A program made the position numbers and the translations under genes. DNA of 64,000 nt from Octopus sinensis (lineage: Eukaryota): positions 62,062,001 to 62,126,000 of the forward strand of contig NC_043004.1 of the NCBI RefSeq assembly GCF_006345805.1, read 5' to 3'. The first letter of the stretch is position 1. Each line of letters starts with the position of its first letter. Under the pieces are notes generated by a model. That model did not search any database, was not told where the DNA came from, and saw only the letters and a program-made list of their open reading frames with translations. Below are positions 24,071-36,879 of the stretch, in pieces.

Positions 24071-26438
24071 GCAGATGCCTTTTCGTACAATATGTATGTC
24101 GAAACATACAAAGTGCTTTATGAATTCCTCAGCATTTAAAATAACAAGTTATAAGCGAAAAAATTAATATATCTGAAAGTCATTGGAAAATTCGTTAAAT
24201 CAAATGAATTATACGTAATTTTGTATGCTTTTTTGCTTTTTTGCGCGTAGAGTATACCAAAACTAGATTTTTCTCGAAGCTGTCTTTTCCTCCCACTCCC
24301 ATCTCTTGTGGTCTGATATTTAATTTATTTGATTTTGTTCAGTATTAAGATTTTCTTAAAACAATGTTATTCTTTTATTATTATTCGGCAGTATATTTAG
24401 AGCATTAGCATCACGGAAGAACAGAGCGTTCCAGAAATTCATTGCCGCCATGATCGAGTTACATTCTTAAATGTATAATTTTAGCATGATCTGTAATATA
24501 CTGCAAGTGGATCGAGCTCATATAACAATCCACGTTAGTTCGTCTGAGTCTGTTACTTCGTTTCATTATGTTATCTGGGACAATTACCCTCCAGTTTTCA
24601 CTTATACATTTTATTAGAGACTGTGATTTAATCGGCCGAACATGATGATAGCAGGTAATAAAGTAAGAACTCAATTTTTAAGGTTTTAATTCCAAGTCAA
24701 TTGATATATTGTTTTGGAAATTCCAACTAAGCGACAAAATCAATAACATTGTAGCGCCGTTCAATAGTCATCGATGATCTAAACCGAGACTTTTGTGTAA
24801 ATGCAGACGTCAATGGACAGTACCTCTTCTAAACAGACACACGCTCGAAAATGCGTATGTATTTTCATACGTTAATCAATACATTGGAAATTTCAGATAG
24901 ATGTGCCAAGAAATCCCGATTGTTTATATTATAAATGAAAGGTTCACGTATTATATTCATTTCTACAACGTCGAATGATTTCAGCTACAGACAGAAATTA
25001 AAACGTCTAGCAAAATATTGCTTCCACGCCATCATTGTAAACACCATTGTGAGTAAATGCTGCCTATTTTCAATACTACTGTTTAACTCTGTTCGATAAT
25101 CAAATATAATACAATATATCTAAATTCGGAACCAAAATCATTTAGAAAGCTGTCGATTTATCAGTTGCATTGGCAATAATGCTAAAGTACTTCCCCATCT
25201 TAGTTTCGATCTGTCACAGACGTCATAAATCGAATGTGATAAATATCGTACATAAACAACAGAAAGATAATATCTCCGTCCGGTAATTTCTTGAAAATTA
25301 CCATTAAGCTGCTTGTTTCACGTATTGAGTCAAATCTGTCGCTATCATTCTTTCATTCATGTTGCCGTTACAGCGTTCACATTGACAGCAATTCTATGCA
25401 GAAGGCCAAGAGCAATGCATTAACCTTGATTTGAAAATGCAATGGGAGTCGCTGCATGTGTTTCCTCAGCTAGTTTGATATTTTACAAGCAAGATGTAAT
25501 AAAGTTAACTTTCCTGACATATGTATAATGTTCTGCGTTACTGCATAATTAAGGACATGCAAATTTCTTTTATAGTCACAAAGTCACAAATGAATTGTGG
25601 AGATAAGATCGTGTGATATTAATAAAGAATTTATGCTAAACCATATCATTATTTGGCTTCCCAGTGAGATTAACAATTAGTTTAACGTGATCACTTAACA
25701 TATGGGAATATATAATTAATGCATATGTAACTGATCAAATATTTTCGAATATTGTGTCTATAGTAATGTAGACAACCGGTTAAAACCTGAATAAATTCGC
25801 TAACATTTTGTTTCGCATTGATTTCCATTATTCTGCTTTTGAAGTCAACTACAATTATCTTGTATCTAGCCATTTTTAAGAGAAGCTCTATTCGCTTGTT
25901 TAGCATCACCGTTTCTATAGGCAGCAACCTACTTGGAGTCGACAATTATGAGAAGTCACACAATATTTTGAGACACGCAATTAAGTATGAGGTTTAAAAT
26001 AACATAATTACTTATGTTTTATTAGTCCTGATACATGCCTTCGTATTTAAAAGACTCGTTTTTGCTTTGTTTTTATTTTATTTGACATCATCCTCTACAG
26101 ATAACATGCAAACGAACAAACATATTCACACAGGTAATTAACTTTAAAAGTACGTAGAAAATTAAAATTTAATAAGAAATATACTACTATTTTCCTTGCG
26201 TTTACAGTTACAAAATAAGGTGTGCAAAAGTATATTATGAACTGACCTAGCAGTTAAAATAATATATGTTAAAACAGAAAATTACTATTTATAAATATCC
26301 CAACAGGAGACATTCAGTGCTATGGAGTAAATATTATTAGGTTTTCAAGCTTTCACAGTCGATACTTTAAGTACCAGTAAAATGCTATGGTCGATGTAAG
26401 TTATAGTCGCCTCTTTCAGACATTGTGCCTTTTGTAGA

Positions 26439-26496
<58 letters not shown>

Positions 26497-27050
26497 GAGT
26501 GAGAGAGCAGTGCATGCCATCAAAGTGACACTGGGGTAAAATATAGCCCAGTATACCCATCATGACTACCCATCTGATAAGGGTACACCAGACACATGCA
26601 TCACAACCATATGAGCGCGACATGGTGATCTCATATCAAGATAAACAGCGTATGACCTTGCAGGTAGGGCCCAGTCAGAATTTTCTTCTTGTCGAGTAGC
26701 CCATCCCACTCAAAAGATCCCTGAATAAGGATTGTTTAAGGAGGCTGAATGAACCACCCATGTTTCCAAATGTGAATTATCCAAACCTCCAAGAATTCCT
26801 TTCAACACACGGCTATGGTGCTCCCCCACAACTTCTGCTCGTGATCAGAGATGCACATATCGTCAGCCACTAAGGGACATGCCCAACTGGTTAAGGTCAA
26901 ACAACTGACAAGTAAATCTGTGGCATTGAGCAGAATATTTGCTGTAGCCCATCTTTTATACCAAGACAAAACAATGTACATGATAACACTTCCAATCAGT
27001 TAAGATCAGAAGCCATGAGTGCCACTGCCTGGTACTGCATCAGGGCATTT
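26497..27050 (-). mobile_element. Full-length ~550-bp (AAT)n-associated non-coding element
   Basis: Flanked on both sides by (TTA)n. Homologous to 17148-17371, 39242-39779 and three units at 42925-44489. No ORF or A/B boxes recognised. Strand is assigned by (AAT)n tail polarity. Confidence 0.85.
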
Positions 27051-27099
27051 ATCATCATCATCATCATAATCATCATCATGATTATTATTATTATTATTG

Positions 27100-27174
<75 letters not shown>

Positions 27175-27192
27175 CATTATTATTATTATTAT

Positions 27193-28137
27193 TCAGTAGT
27201 TTTATTTTTATAAAATTACTGGTCTGTGTACCTTGGGTATGTGCTGTGGTTTGCCGCAATGCTCTTATGGTTACTGTATTGAAAGTGTTTTGCGTAGGAT
27301 GTGTGCAGTGCCCAGTAGTGAATTTTCTGTATGCTGTATATTGTGGTATGTTCTTGTGTTTTTGTAATGGATTTGTCTGAATTGTTGTTATCATACCTAA
27401 TGCGCCTACTATGATGGAAATTTTTTCTAGTTTTAGGTTTCACATTCGAGTTACCTCTATTAGCAGGTTTTTGTTTTTTGAAAATTTCTCCATTTCTTTT
27501 AGGGAAAAGTTGTCATCTGCTGGTATTGATACATCAATTAGAAAGCATTTTTTTCTTCATGATCTCTGACAACTCTATCTGGTCTGTTGGCCTTAGTTTC
27601 TCTATCTGTGTGTATTGGCATATCTCGATTTCTGTGACCTTTGCTGGTGTGTGCCTATACCATCTTTTCTCTGTTGTTATTCCATAGTGTCGGCATAGGT
27701 TCCAGTGTATGTAGGTCCCATCTCTGTCGTATCTGTGAATATATTCCTTCTTAGCCATGCCTGGGCAGCCAGAGATGATATGATTTATTGTTTCTTGTCT
27801 ATCTCCACATATTCTGCAGTTATTTGTTATGTTTCTTTTCATTACATGTTTTTGGTAATTTCTGGTGGGAAAGCTTCGGTCTTGTGCCGCAATTAAAACT
27901 CCTTCAGTCTCAGCTTTGAGCCTTGAGCTTCTCATCCATTGCTAGGATTTTTTTCGGTGTCTTTTGTTTAGCCAATTATTTGCCATGAAGCGACTTTTCT
28001 TGCCATCGTTTTATTCAAGGTCCGTTGCTGTTCTAGTTTTAGTTTGGATTTCATTTGTTTTATAGCTTTTGTTGTTTCTTCTTCGCCTTCTTCTGCTCCC
28101 CTTCTTCCTCCTTCTTCTTCTTCATATTTGTTAGGCA
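27193..28137 (-). mobile_element. 5'-truncated R4/Dong-like REL-LINE (family 1)
   Basis: LKAETEGVLIAAQDRSFPTRNYQKH..CRICGDRQETINHIISGC zinc knuckle; (R)PTDQI ~ RPD REL motif. The 3' end 'aaaataaaact.ctgaataat' matches 42790-42810. Confidence 0.9.
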
Positions 28138-28151
28138 GTTATTATTATTGC

Positions 28152-28182
<31 letters not shown>

Positions 28183-28686
28183 GTCTTTGTACAAATTCAA
28201 TCGCTGCAGATGTACTACGGTGCCAGCTGTTCCCTACCAATGAACTAAGGTAACACCACTTTTTTTTCAAACACCATCCGGTGTATTCGAGCTGTTCCAA
28301 GCAGTGATGTTTTCTGCAAGAGCTCCACCCTTATTGTATCCCATATTTATCTCATGTACTTCTCAAGATTTTTGCTCACTGTACCCAGAACTCCGACAAT
28401 TATTGTTAATGCTACCACCTTTTTCAGCGACCGCAACATCTTAACCTCCAAAGATAACCTGTCATATCTATCGAAATTTTTTCTTCCTTATTGCATACAT
28501 TGTTTTCAGCTGGGCATGCTAAATCTATGATCCAGCATCATTTGCTTTCTGCCTCAAGACTATGTCTGGCTTCCCAATTCTCATGGTTCGCACTAAATCA
28601 TAAAATCACATACGATCTTTCCATTATCCTTTTCGATGATACTGTCGAGTTTATGTTGGTACCACTTCCTTTGCTCTATCAAGTCC
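28183..28686 (-). mobile_element. 5'-truncated R4/Dong-like REL-LINE (family 2)
   Basis: - strand remnants WYQHKLDSIIEKDNGKIVCDFMI, KPDIV, IIVGVLGTV, LLQKTSLLGTARI. (TAA)n tracts on both sides. Confidence 0.8.
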
Positions 28687-28754
<68 letters not shown>

Positions 28755-29059
28755 TCGTTAAATTTAATTTCTTTTGTTTTACAAAGGCGCTCTTTATTCA
28801 TTCTATAGTGATACCGGTCGAAACTGAATTAACAAATTTATGCACACCCTTATTGGATTTCAGATGACACTGCACTAGTTTATGGTCGACCCGCTTTTAT
28901 CTCAGTCATGTATATGGTTTATGAAGTTGTTATAACTCAGTTGACTGGGTGTCAAATTGAACTGCTAACTCCAATTTTCAGGTCAATGTGTTATATCATA
29001 TTGGATGTTATAATACATCGCTGTTCGCAATGTACTTTGTATATCTTTGTAGCTTTCGA

Positions 29060-29270
29060 ATAACGTAACCCCACCGGCTATGCGAGCAGGACAACATTCT
29101 CATTGATCGGAAAGCCAATCAGTTCACAGGTCTGCAACCCAGTTGCAGCCGAGTTGACTGGAGCAAGATGAAATGATTGTTCACTTGTCAAAAAACAACG
29201 CGTTGCTCGGTCCGGTAAATGAACCCAAAATCTAGCGATCGTGTGTTTAACACCCTGATCACTTGGTCAC
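29060..29270 (-). mobile_element. Decayed CORE-like tRNA SINE
   Basis: 'gactggagcaagatgaaatga...caacgcgttgctcggtccgg' resembles the better copy at 63417-63657. Confidence 0.6.
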
Positions 29271-29402
29271 GCTAGTATACACTGAGTAATATTGATGCAT
29301 TCTCATATCCTCTTCCATTAATAGATTTGTTTTTTTTTGGTTACTGTTGAGTGATTTTGCAATATAATTCAATATTCATAATCAATTGGTCGCTTTTGTG
29401 CA

Positions 29403-29469
<67 letters not shown>

Positions 29470-31357
29470 TATATAGACACACACGCATTTTGTTCTCTTG
29501 TCTAAAAGCAAGATAAAAATTAAACTAATAATGTCCTCTTAGGACGCAGGCCTGCTGAGAGAATTTGATTTTCTGATGTATTATTGCTTATTAAATTCGG
29601 TTTCTTTTCCCATATCTAAAAAAAAAAGAACAACGGTAATATAAACTTAGACGGATTATATTTCTATTTTCCCTTATGCATAGTCACTTATTCATGACAG
29701 TAACAATATCTAATAACATTAAAAAGTATAGATGTGCGTTAATACAATAATATTATAAAGCGTTTAATAGATAGAACTCACTTTTTCATGTATGTATTTC
29801 ACTACTATACATGTTATAGTTGGGAAAGTAATGACACATTCCGTCGCACTGAAGTTGATATAGTATTATGAATAATTACTAACACATCTGTTAATTTTCA
29901 AGATAGAAGTATACATTAGATAAGGAATATTCATTTCCCAGATATCTATACTTGAAACATATCATTGAAATTGTAGATGCATTTCATAGATATGAAAACT
30001 GATTTACTTTACTTGTAAATAACATTATAAATCAACACTGTCAATCAACACTGTTCCCATCCATTCTCAACTGGAAAACTCTTATCTTTTAATTGCATGG
30101 AAACAAGTTTCATACTACATATATCAAAATATTTATATTGTCACTGTTTGTCCCAAAGAGAGTTTAAGCGAGTACACACATGATCAAAGAAATATTCCAG
30201 CCTTGACCATTCCGTATCCCAAGCATATTTAGTTCTAATGATTTGATTTTTTTAGTCTATATAATTATGATTTGAAATCAATAGTGTATAATTAGCTGCC
30301 CTATTAAAGCGCGAGATATGTATATTATCTTTTCGTATCTCTTAGATCTCTTAGCTGTGTATCTAGCTTTGTAATCCTATGCCAGGTATAATACTATCGC
30401 AAATTGCTTAAATCTAGAGCCTTCTACACTTGACACTAGGAGAACGTGTAAACCAACAGCCGACTAGATATCATCGTCAGCTGAGTGGACTGCAGTAACA
30501 TGAATTTATGCGACTTACTCTGATACAACGCGCAATCAAAGAACTTTCGGGCTTTAACTTAATATTCTAAGCACTAGAACAAGTGCTTTTTACATCCAGG
30601 TAAAAGCTAATTAACGTTCATTACAGAACGGCATTATTTAGAGTGCTATTCCGATATCAGATGGCCAGGTGAGGTGTTGGGAGCTAGATTTTGTAGGGTG
30701 AATAAGCATACTTGGAAACTATGTACCTAACCCCTTCTCTAGTTAGCTCAATCCCAAATTCATAAGGCATAGAGAATCAGAAAGTTCTTTAATAACTTGA
30801 AAGTTTTATTTTTTAATCGAACTCCAAACATCAAACAGTTTTAGTAGCATAATTAATGGAACAAATGAATAAGAATATTCCTCAGACTGAGGTAAAAGCA
30901 ACAAGGGGTTTAGTTACTCTATTAATATAAAGGTGATCAACGTGAATTAAAATTATTATATTTCTAATTTTGTTTTTAGCATTGTAAAACCTTCAAAACA
31001 TCTATTGATTTCAAGTTGAGTTCTAAGCCTATCTAGAATTTGTTTCCGCATTGGTTTTGATATTGTAACTGTGTTATTGCGAAACAAGCTCAAACAACAT
31101 TTAAGAGGCTCAGTCGATTACCATTATACAGTATCTGGATTAAGTCGGCTCTTTTTCATATTTATTGCTGCTAGCTCAGCACTACTTCTCTTAGAACACC
31201 TCCACAAATGGTCTACCTACAACAAATTAAGTCACAGTTTGTATCCTTCTTAATCTCTGAGTATATATTCTTCTTTGCATTTAAAGATGTTGGAAGATGT
31301 ATGGCATTTAGTCAGCTTGTTGCTTAAATCTCCCACCGGTGTTGATTCATCAGAAAT

Positions 31358-32190
31358 AGGAGTGGCTGTGTAGTAAGTAGCTTGCTTACCAGCCATATGG
31401 TTCTGGGTTCAGTCGCAATGCGTGGCACCTTAAGCAAGTGTCTTCTACTATAATCTCGGGCCGACCAAAACCTTATGAGTGGATTTGGTTGAGTTGACGG
31501 AAATTGAAAGAAACTCGTCGTATATATATATCTTTACTCTCTTTTACTCTTTTACTTGTTTCAGTCATATGACTGCGGCCATGCTGGAGCACCGCCTTTA
31601 ATCGAGAAACTCGACCCCGGGACTTATTCTTTTGTAAGCCCAGTGCCTATTCTATCGGCCTCTTTTGCCGAACCGCTAAGTAACGGGGACATAAACACAC
31701 CAGCATCGGCTGTCAAGCAATGCTAGGGGGATAAACACAGCACCCACACACACATATATATATATATACATACACATATATACGACGGGCTTCTTTCAGT
31801 TTCCGTCTACCAAATCCACTCACAAGGCTTTGGTCGGCCCGAGGCTATAGTAGAAGACACTTGCTCAAGGTGCCTGAACCCGGAACCGTATGGTTGGTAA
31901 ACAAGCTACTTACCACACAGCCACTCCTGCGTGTGTGTGTGTGTGTGTACGTGTGTGTGTGTGTACGTGTGTGTGTGTGTTTATGTGCGTCTCTGTCTGT
32001 CCTCCACTCACCATCGCTTGGCAACTGATGCTGGTGCATTTACGTCCCCTTAACTTGGCGGTTCAGCAAAAGAACCCGGTAGAATAAGTAGTAGGCTTGC
32101 AAAGAAAAAGTCTGGGAAGCGATATGCCCGACTAAAAGCGGTGCTCTAATATGGCCGCAGGCATATGACTGAAACAAGTAAATGAATAAT
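31358..32190 (+). mobile_element. SINE family A split by a nested antisense family A copy
   Basis: 5' half at 31358-31530 and 3' half at 31932-32190 on +. Confidence 0.85.
31531..31931 (-). mobile_element. SINE family A (younger, nested copy)
   Basis: Complete head-to-tail match to 3195-3594 in the same orientation. Confidence 0.9.
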
Positions 32191-33484
32191 TCAATAAAAC
32201 CGTTTTACATTTAATCGTTGAGTAATGTGTGACATAGACACGTATCTATTTCCGACAGTATGGTCTTATATGCACAAATCTCCATACATATCTAAATGTC
32301 TAGGCTGGAAAGAATTTGCGAAGCTCATTTTCTAAATGTAATACGTCAAGTAACTACAAATAGTTTATCATTTTCTTCGCTGCTCTTATGTTATGTTACA
32401 TTGCTTTCACTACACTTCTGACTTTGGAAACTTAGGGATTTAAGATTTATTTTCAATATATTCCTCCAATACATCTAACTAGATTGTTGCTCTGCCAGGT
32501 GATACTGTTAGCTAATATACAGATTATATTCACTGTTGATCGTCTATGAAGTTTTATCATTATTTTGAATAAACGGGGGTTAAATCATTTGTCACTCTGA
32601 CAAAATATCTTGAGATGTTTTTTCTAGATCTTCAAATATTCTTGCGATCAGTAACGCTATTTATCCTTTAGATTCCAGTTCCAAGGTCAATGTTTGCCGT
32701 CATGGCTATGTCAGAAAATATTATTTTGCATAAAAAAGGATGGTCGTAAAAGCAATGTTGTCTTTTAAAATACAAAGTATCTTATTTTAGTTTTAGTTTT
32801 CATTCTCTGTTCAAATTGCAGCAAAACCATAATACTCTGCCTTCTTCGAAGGTTACATAAAATACATATAAGTTTAATACACGGGTAATATAACTGTCTA
32901 TATCCCCACACTAACATAAAATTTGTTGTAGCGTAACAATCTTTCATAATATAATGCGAATGTCCAGCTGTATGTAAGAGATTTTGGTAAAAATAATTTC
33001 GGTAACATTAATATACATTCATATATACATGTGTGCTTGTCTTTCTGTTTTTGTTTACTTATACACAACAACAAATGAGCCAATTGAACAACTATGTGTG
33101 GATGTTTAACTTGCTAGAAATAACAGACAAAACTCTCTCATACTATGCCTTTGAAAGTATTAAGGAAAGGAAAATATACAATTAATACTTTTGACTTTGT
33201 TTGGCTCCATGAATTTAATTTTTTCTTTATAAAAGCTTTCGTCCATTACTTGATACAAGAAAAAAGAAGATCCTGAACGAAAAGATCCTGAACGAAACAG
33301 AGAATTTGTAACGTAACAAAATATAGAAAGAGAAAGAAATGTTTGTATTCGAAAGCCAAAAGATGTTAGTAAGTGTACGGCCGCATTCAAATTGGCAGAA
33401 GACCTAAAACAAATATCAATTTCAGTTCAATCGTACAAAGGAATACAAAGGAATTCAGGCATCCCTCTCCTTCTCTCTCTTTCT

Positions 33485-36400
33485 TTCTCTGCCCAATTCT
33501 GGGTGAGATTGGCTATTCTGCTCGCCACTTCCTTCCAGTTCTTGTCCATGTGGAGTTCTGAGCCAAACACCACCCCGAGCAATTTCACTGGTCCTTACGT
33601 CCAGTTCGCTATAATGCTGTCGCTCGGCATGTACGAGCCTCTCCACGGGACAAGCTGCAAGCCCACTTGACCGATTCCTTACCCACACTCTCTATGATGT
33701 ATCGCGTGTGGTGCAGTTCATCGTGGGTAGTTCTGTTTGGGATACTGCATATCTGCGCATCACCAAACAACTTATCGAAGACGAGCGCCAACCTCTTGGC
33801 TAACACCTTCGACATAATTTTATAATCTGCATTCAGCAAAATATAGGCCAAAACATAACAGTTTTGTTCCCCTTCTTCGGATCCTTCCTGAACAACACCA
33901 CCGCTCCACGGCTCACACCACTGGAAATTCTCCCATTCTGCTGCCAGTTGTGGTAAGCATCTGCCAAGAGAAGAACGAGAAAGTGTGACATATGATAACA
34001 AATCTCGAAGGGCAGATCCTTCCCCGCCCCCGAGACATCTCTCTGCATATGTCGTCATCGCGTCCCGTATATCTTCGGATTTCATCGACATCACGCAGAT
34101 ATCTGCTTCCCTGGCTGAGAGGCGCAGCATGCCCCTAAGATAGGAGGTGAACTCCACCATCGTCCCAGGAGCACCGCGCGCCACAGACAGTTCGGCGAAG
34201 CACCGCTGAAATTCTGAACATATTTGCTTGGAATCGATTAACATGCGCCAATCTCAGCTCGCAAAAACCGAATTGTTTCTTTGTTTCCACGTATCGCCTC
34301 TCCCATCCGGGCCCATCGAACAACTTTTGTCCTCTCCCGTCTTAGTGCAAGCGCCTTAGCTCTGACGGCGCATCCTTCGTGCTTCGCATTGAAGAATTAA
34401 TCAAGAGCCAATCTCGCCGGTAGCACGTCGGTCGCTATGCCTTTCTTAAGCGCCTCTTTTTGCTTCCTAACTAGGTCTCCCTCTATTCTAGTCTCCTCTA
34501 ATGCTGTTTCTATCCTAGATTCCTGTAACGCTGTTTCCTTACTAAAACGTTCCGCCTCTATTCTAACGTCCCTTTTCAGGGATATCCACCAACGGCTATT
34601 GACGATTGCACAAGCCAAATCTCGATGGAATAACTTGCTAACACGATCTCTGAAAGTATCCGGTATGGATGCATTCAGCTTCCATTACCCCTGGCCCTGT
34701 CTGTGGATCACAATTTATGGTCCGTGTAGCCAACGACTTTGAACTGTGGACAACTTATACTACTTCTATCTGCAGGCTTACAAAATGCTTTATCTAGATA
34801 CGATGTGGAAGACCCATAGCAGTTCGCCCATGTCCACATTGGCGCATTCGGGAAATACAGTCAGTACCTGTCAGCCCACAAGAAGCGACGGAGCAGGTTT
34901 ATGAGGCCCTTACGGTCCCTTCTACTATCCGCTAACCCCACCCTGTCGTGACGTACGCATGACATCCCAAGGAAAACATCCAAACGTCTGAAGGAATCTG
35001 GCTACGCTCCTCTCGGGTGTAGACAGTGACTGGTCCAAGTGTACCGCCTTTACTGTCGCTCACGTCCTGGGCAACTAACTTACCTTCCGGGTCCAGGACG
35101 TTCAGCCCTTCCTAAACAGTACTGCCAACTCGCCTACTATTCTTGGCCGACTAAGTGATGCGTAAATGGATGGAAGATCGAAAATGGGTGCAAAATCAGG
35201 CCTCTGGGAAACCTGGGCTCACTGGCTGCTATCAAATTCAAACGTACTGACCTAAGGTCATTGAGCAAGCAACCTTGATTCCAAGGCGACATAAAGCCGC
35301 GAAAATTTATGCAACCCCCTCTGACAATCACCAGGACGGCTCAAAAAGATTGAGGTAAAGAAAAATGAACGGGGTTACTTACGCTTCTGGAAATGTTTGC
35401 AGCGCCGTGGCCCGGGCTCCGTATCTGGTTCCTCTGGGAATCCGGCTAAAAGCCTCTTCGTGCAGCAGACGTTTGACATTCCCACGTCATTCGGGAAATC
35501 CCTGTGAAGTTCTTTGTACGCTTTGAGGGTTAGCCGAATTAGCAACAAGTGATCCAGAACCCTAAGTGTGCTGGTGTCGTAAATTTCACCTCTCTCTCAA
35601 TATCCTTTTTTTATGGATATGAATACCAAAAAAATTGGGCTCTCCTCATGAGCATGTAATTCGGTGTTTCTGTATTCGTGACTGTGAGATTTCTTTTGGG
35701 GGCTACATGTGGTTCTGAGTGCATTGGTGTATGTCGTTGTGATAGTGGTGCTTGCGTGGATGGTGGTGCTGGTGTTGTTTTTGCTATGTATATTCTCAAT
35801 GTGCCCTAGGTTTCTGTGCTTTCAGACGTTGGTGCAGGTTCGTCTGTCTTCTTTTTCCTTTGCTTTTACGCTTCATGCTTTGTAAGGTAATTCCCTGTCT
35901 CCTTTACTGGTTGAGGAAGGTCTATTGTCTGTAGGATCTGTCTCAGTGTGTGTGAGTGTGTTTGTGATAGCATGGGCCTGGTTTTGTGAGTGTGTGTTTC
36001 AGACGCTAGTGGGAGATGGATTGACAGAGCCCTGGCTGGTTTTCTCCAGTCCATGGGTCTACGTGCCTCCGTTTTATTAAAAGGTTTCTTTTGATGATGT
36101 TGCTGTTATTGGGGTGCAATGTAGGCGACAGGTGTTGCATTGTACTCCCTAACTTTTTAGTCAGAAAGCTGTTAGGTGGTTGTGGACCCACAGATGTCGC
36201 ACCTGGGTTTTCCGCCTTCAACGACAGCACAAAATTCCACCCCCTTGGGCAACTGGATCAGATCCAGGATCTTCCCGATATTTCCAGTTTTGCATGGATT
36301 AATATTTCCAAATTGATTCCACATCTGTTCGTGCTGCTGCTCCTTTTTACGTCTAGGATTGCATCTAGGTTCTGCACCACACAGACGACAATCCACCAAA

Positions 36401-36865
36401 TGGTTACGCCCTGTGGCACGCCATTTACCCTAATTCTGGTCTTTCTCTTTGAAAGATATGTGGGATAAAGGACCCACTCTTCAGTCCATCAGAGTGAACT
36501 GTGTGTCTTGGCGCGAGATCTTTCATTTTAAGGAGGACCTCAATGCTGGCAAACTGCCTCCCTCTTTGTATATGGTCCATATCTATTAAAATTTGTTTCA
36601 GGACCTTCTCAACGTGACTGATCCCTCCTACGTTTGCGTGATACGCATTTGAAACATAGTGTCTTCTCTTTTCCCCTCTACGGTTTGGAGGTTTGGGGAG
36701 GTACGAGCACTGCAGCCTTACTCCACTCAAATTTAATGAAATCTTTCAGTTTTGACAGTTCACGAATTCTTCATCGAACACGACAGCAAACATTACTCTC
36801 TTTGTGTTCACTGCATCAGCAAACATTGTATTTTTGTTATTATTTGTGTTGTTGTCGTCAAAACA
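33485..36865 (-). mobile_element. Tx1/L1-clade LINE relic: ORF1 (zinc knuckle) plus ORF2 (APE-RT) with internal deletion
   Basis: ORF1 remnants VEKVLKQI..RGRQFASIEV, VVEGGKPRCDICGSTT. ORF2 start MIVRGGCINFRGFMSPWNQGCLLNDL (APE), YTDHKL, WKLNASI, NADYKIMSKVLAKRL..AQICSIPNR (RT N-part), then GPVKLLGVVFG..KNWKEV (post-RT). Many stops and frameshifts. That ORF1 and ORF2 belong to one copy is inferred from order and strand. Confidence 0.8.
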
Positions 36866-36879
36866 ATCGATTGATGTAA

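Noticed and set aside
31090-31340. - strand ...MKKSRLNPDTV resembling a hAT dimerisation motif
   Set aside because: Only one short motif; the diagnostic upstream ERxFS is absent and stops surround it.
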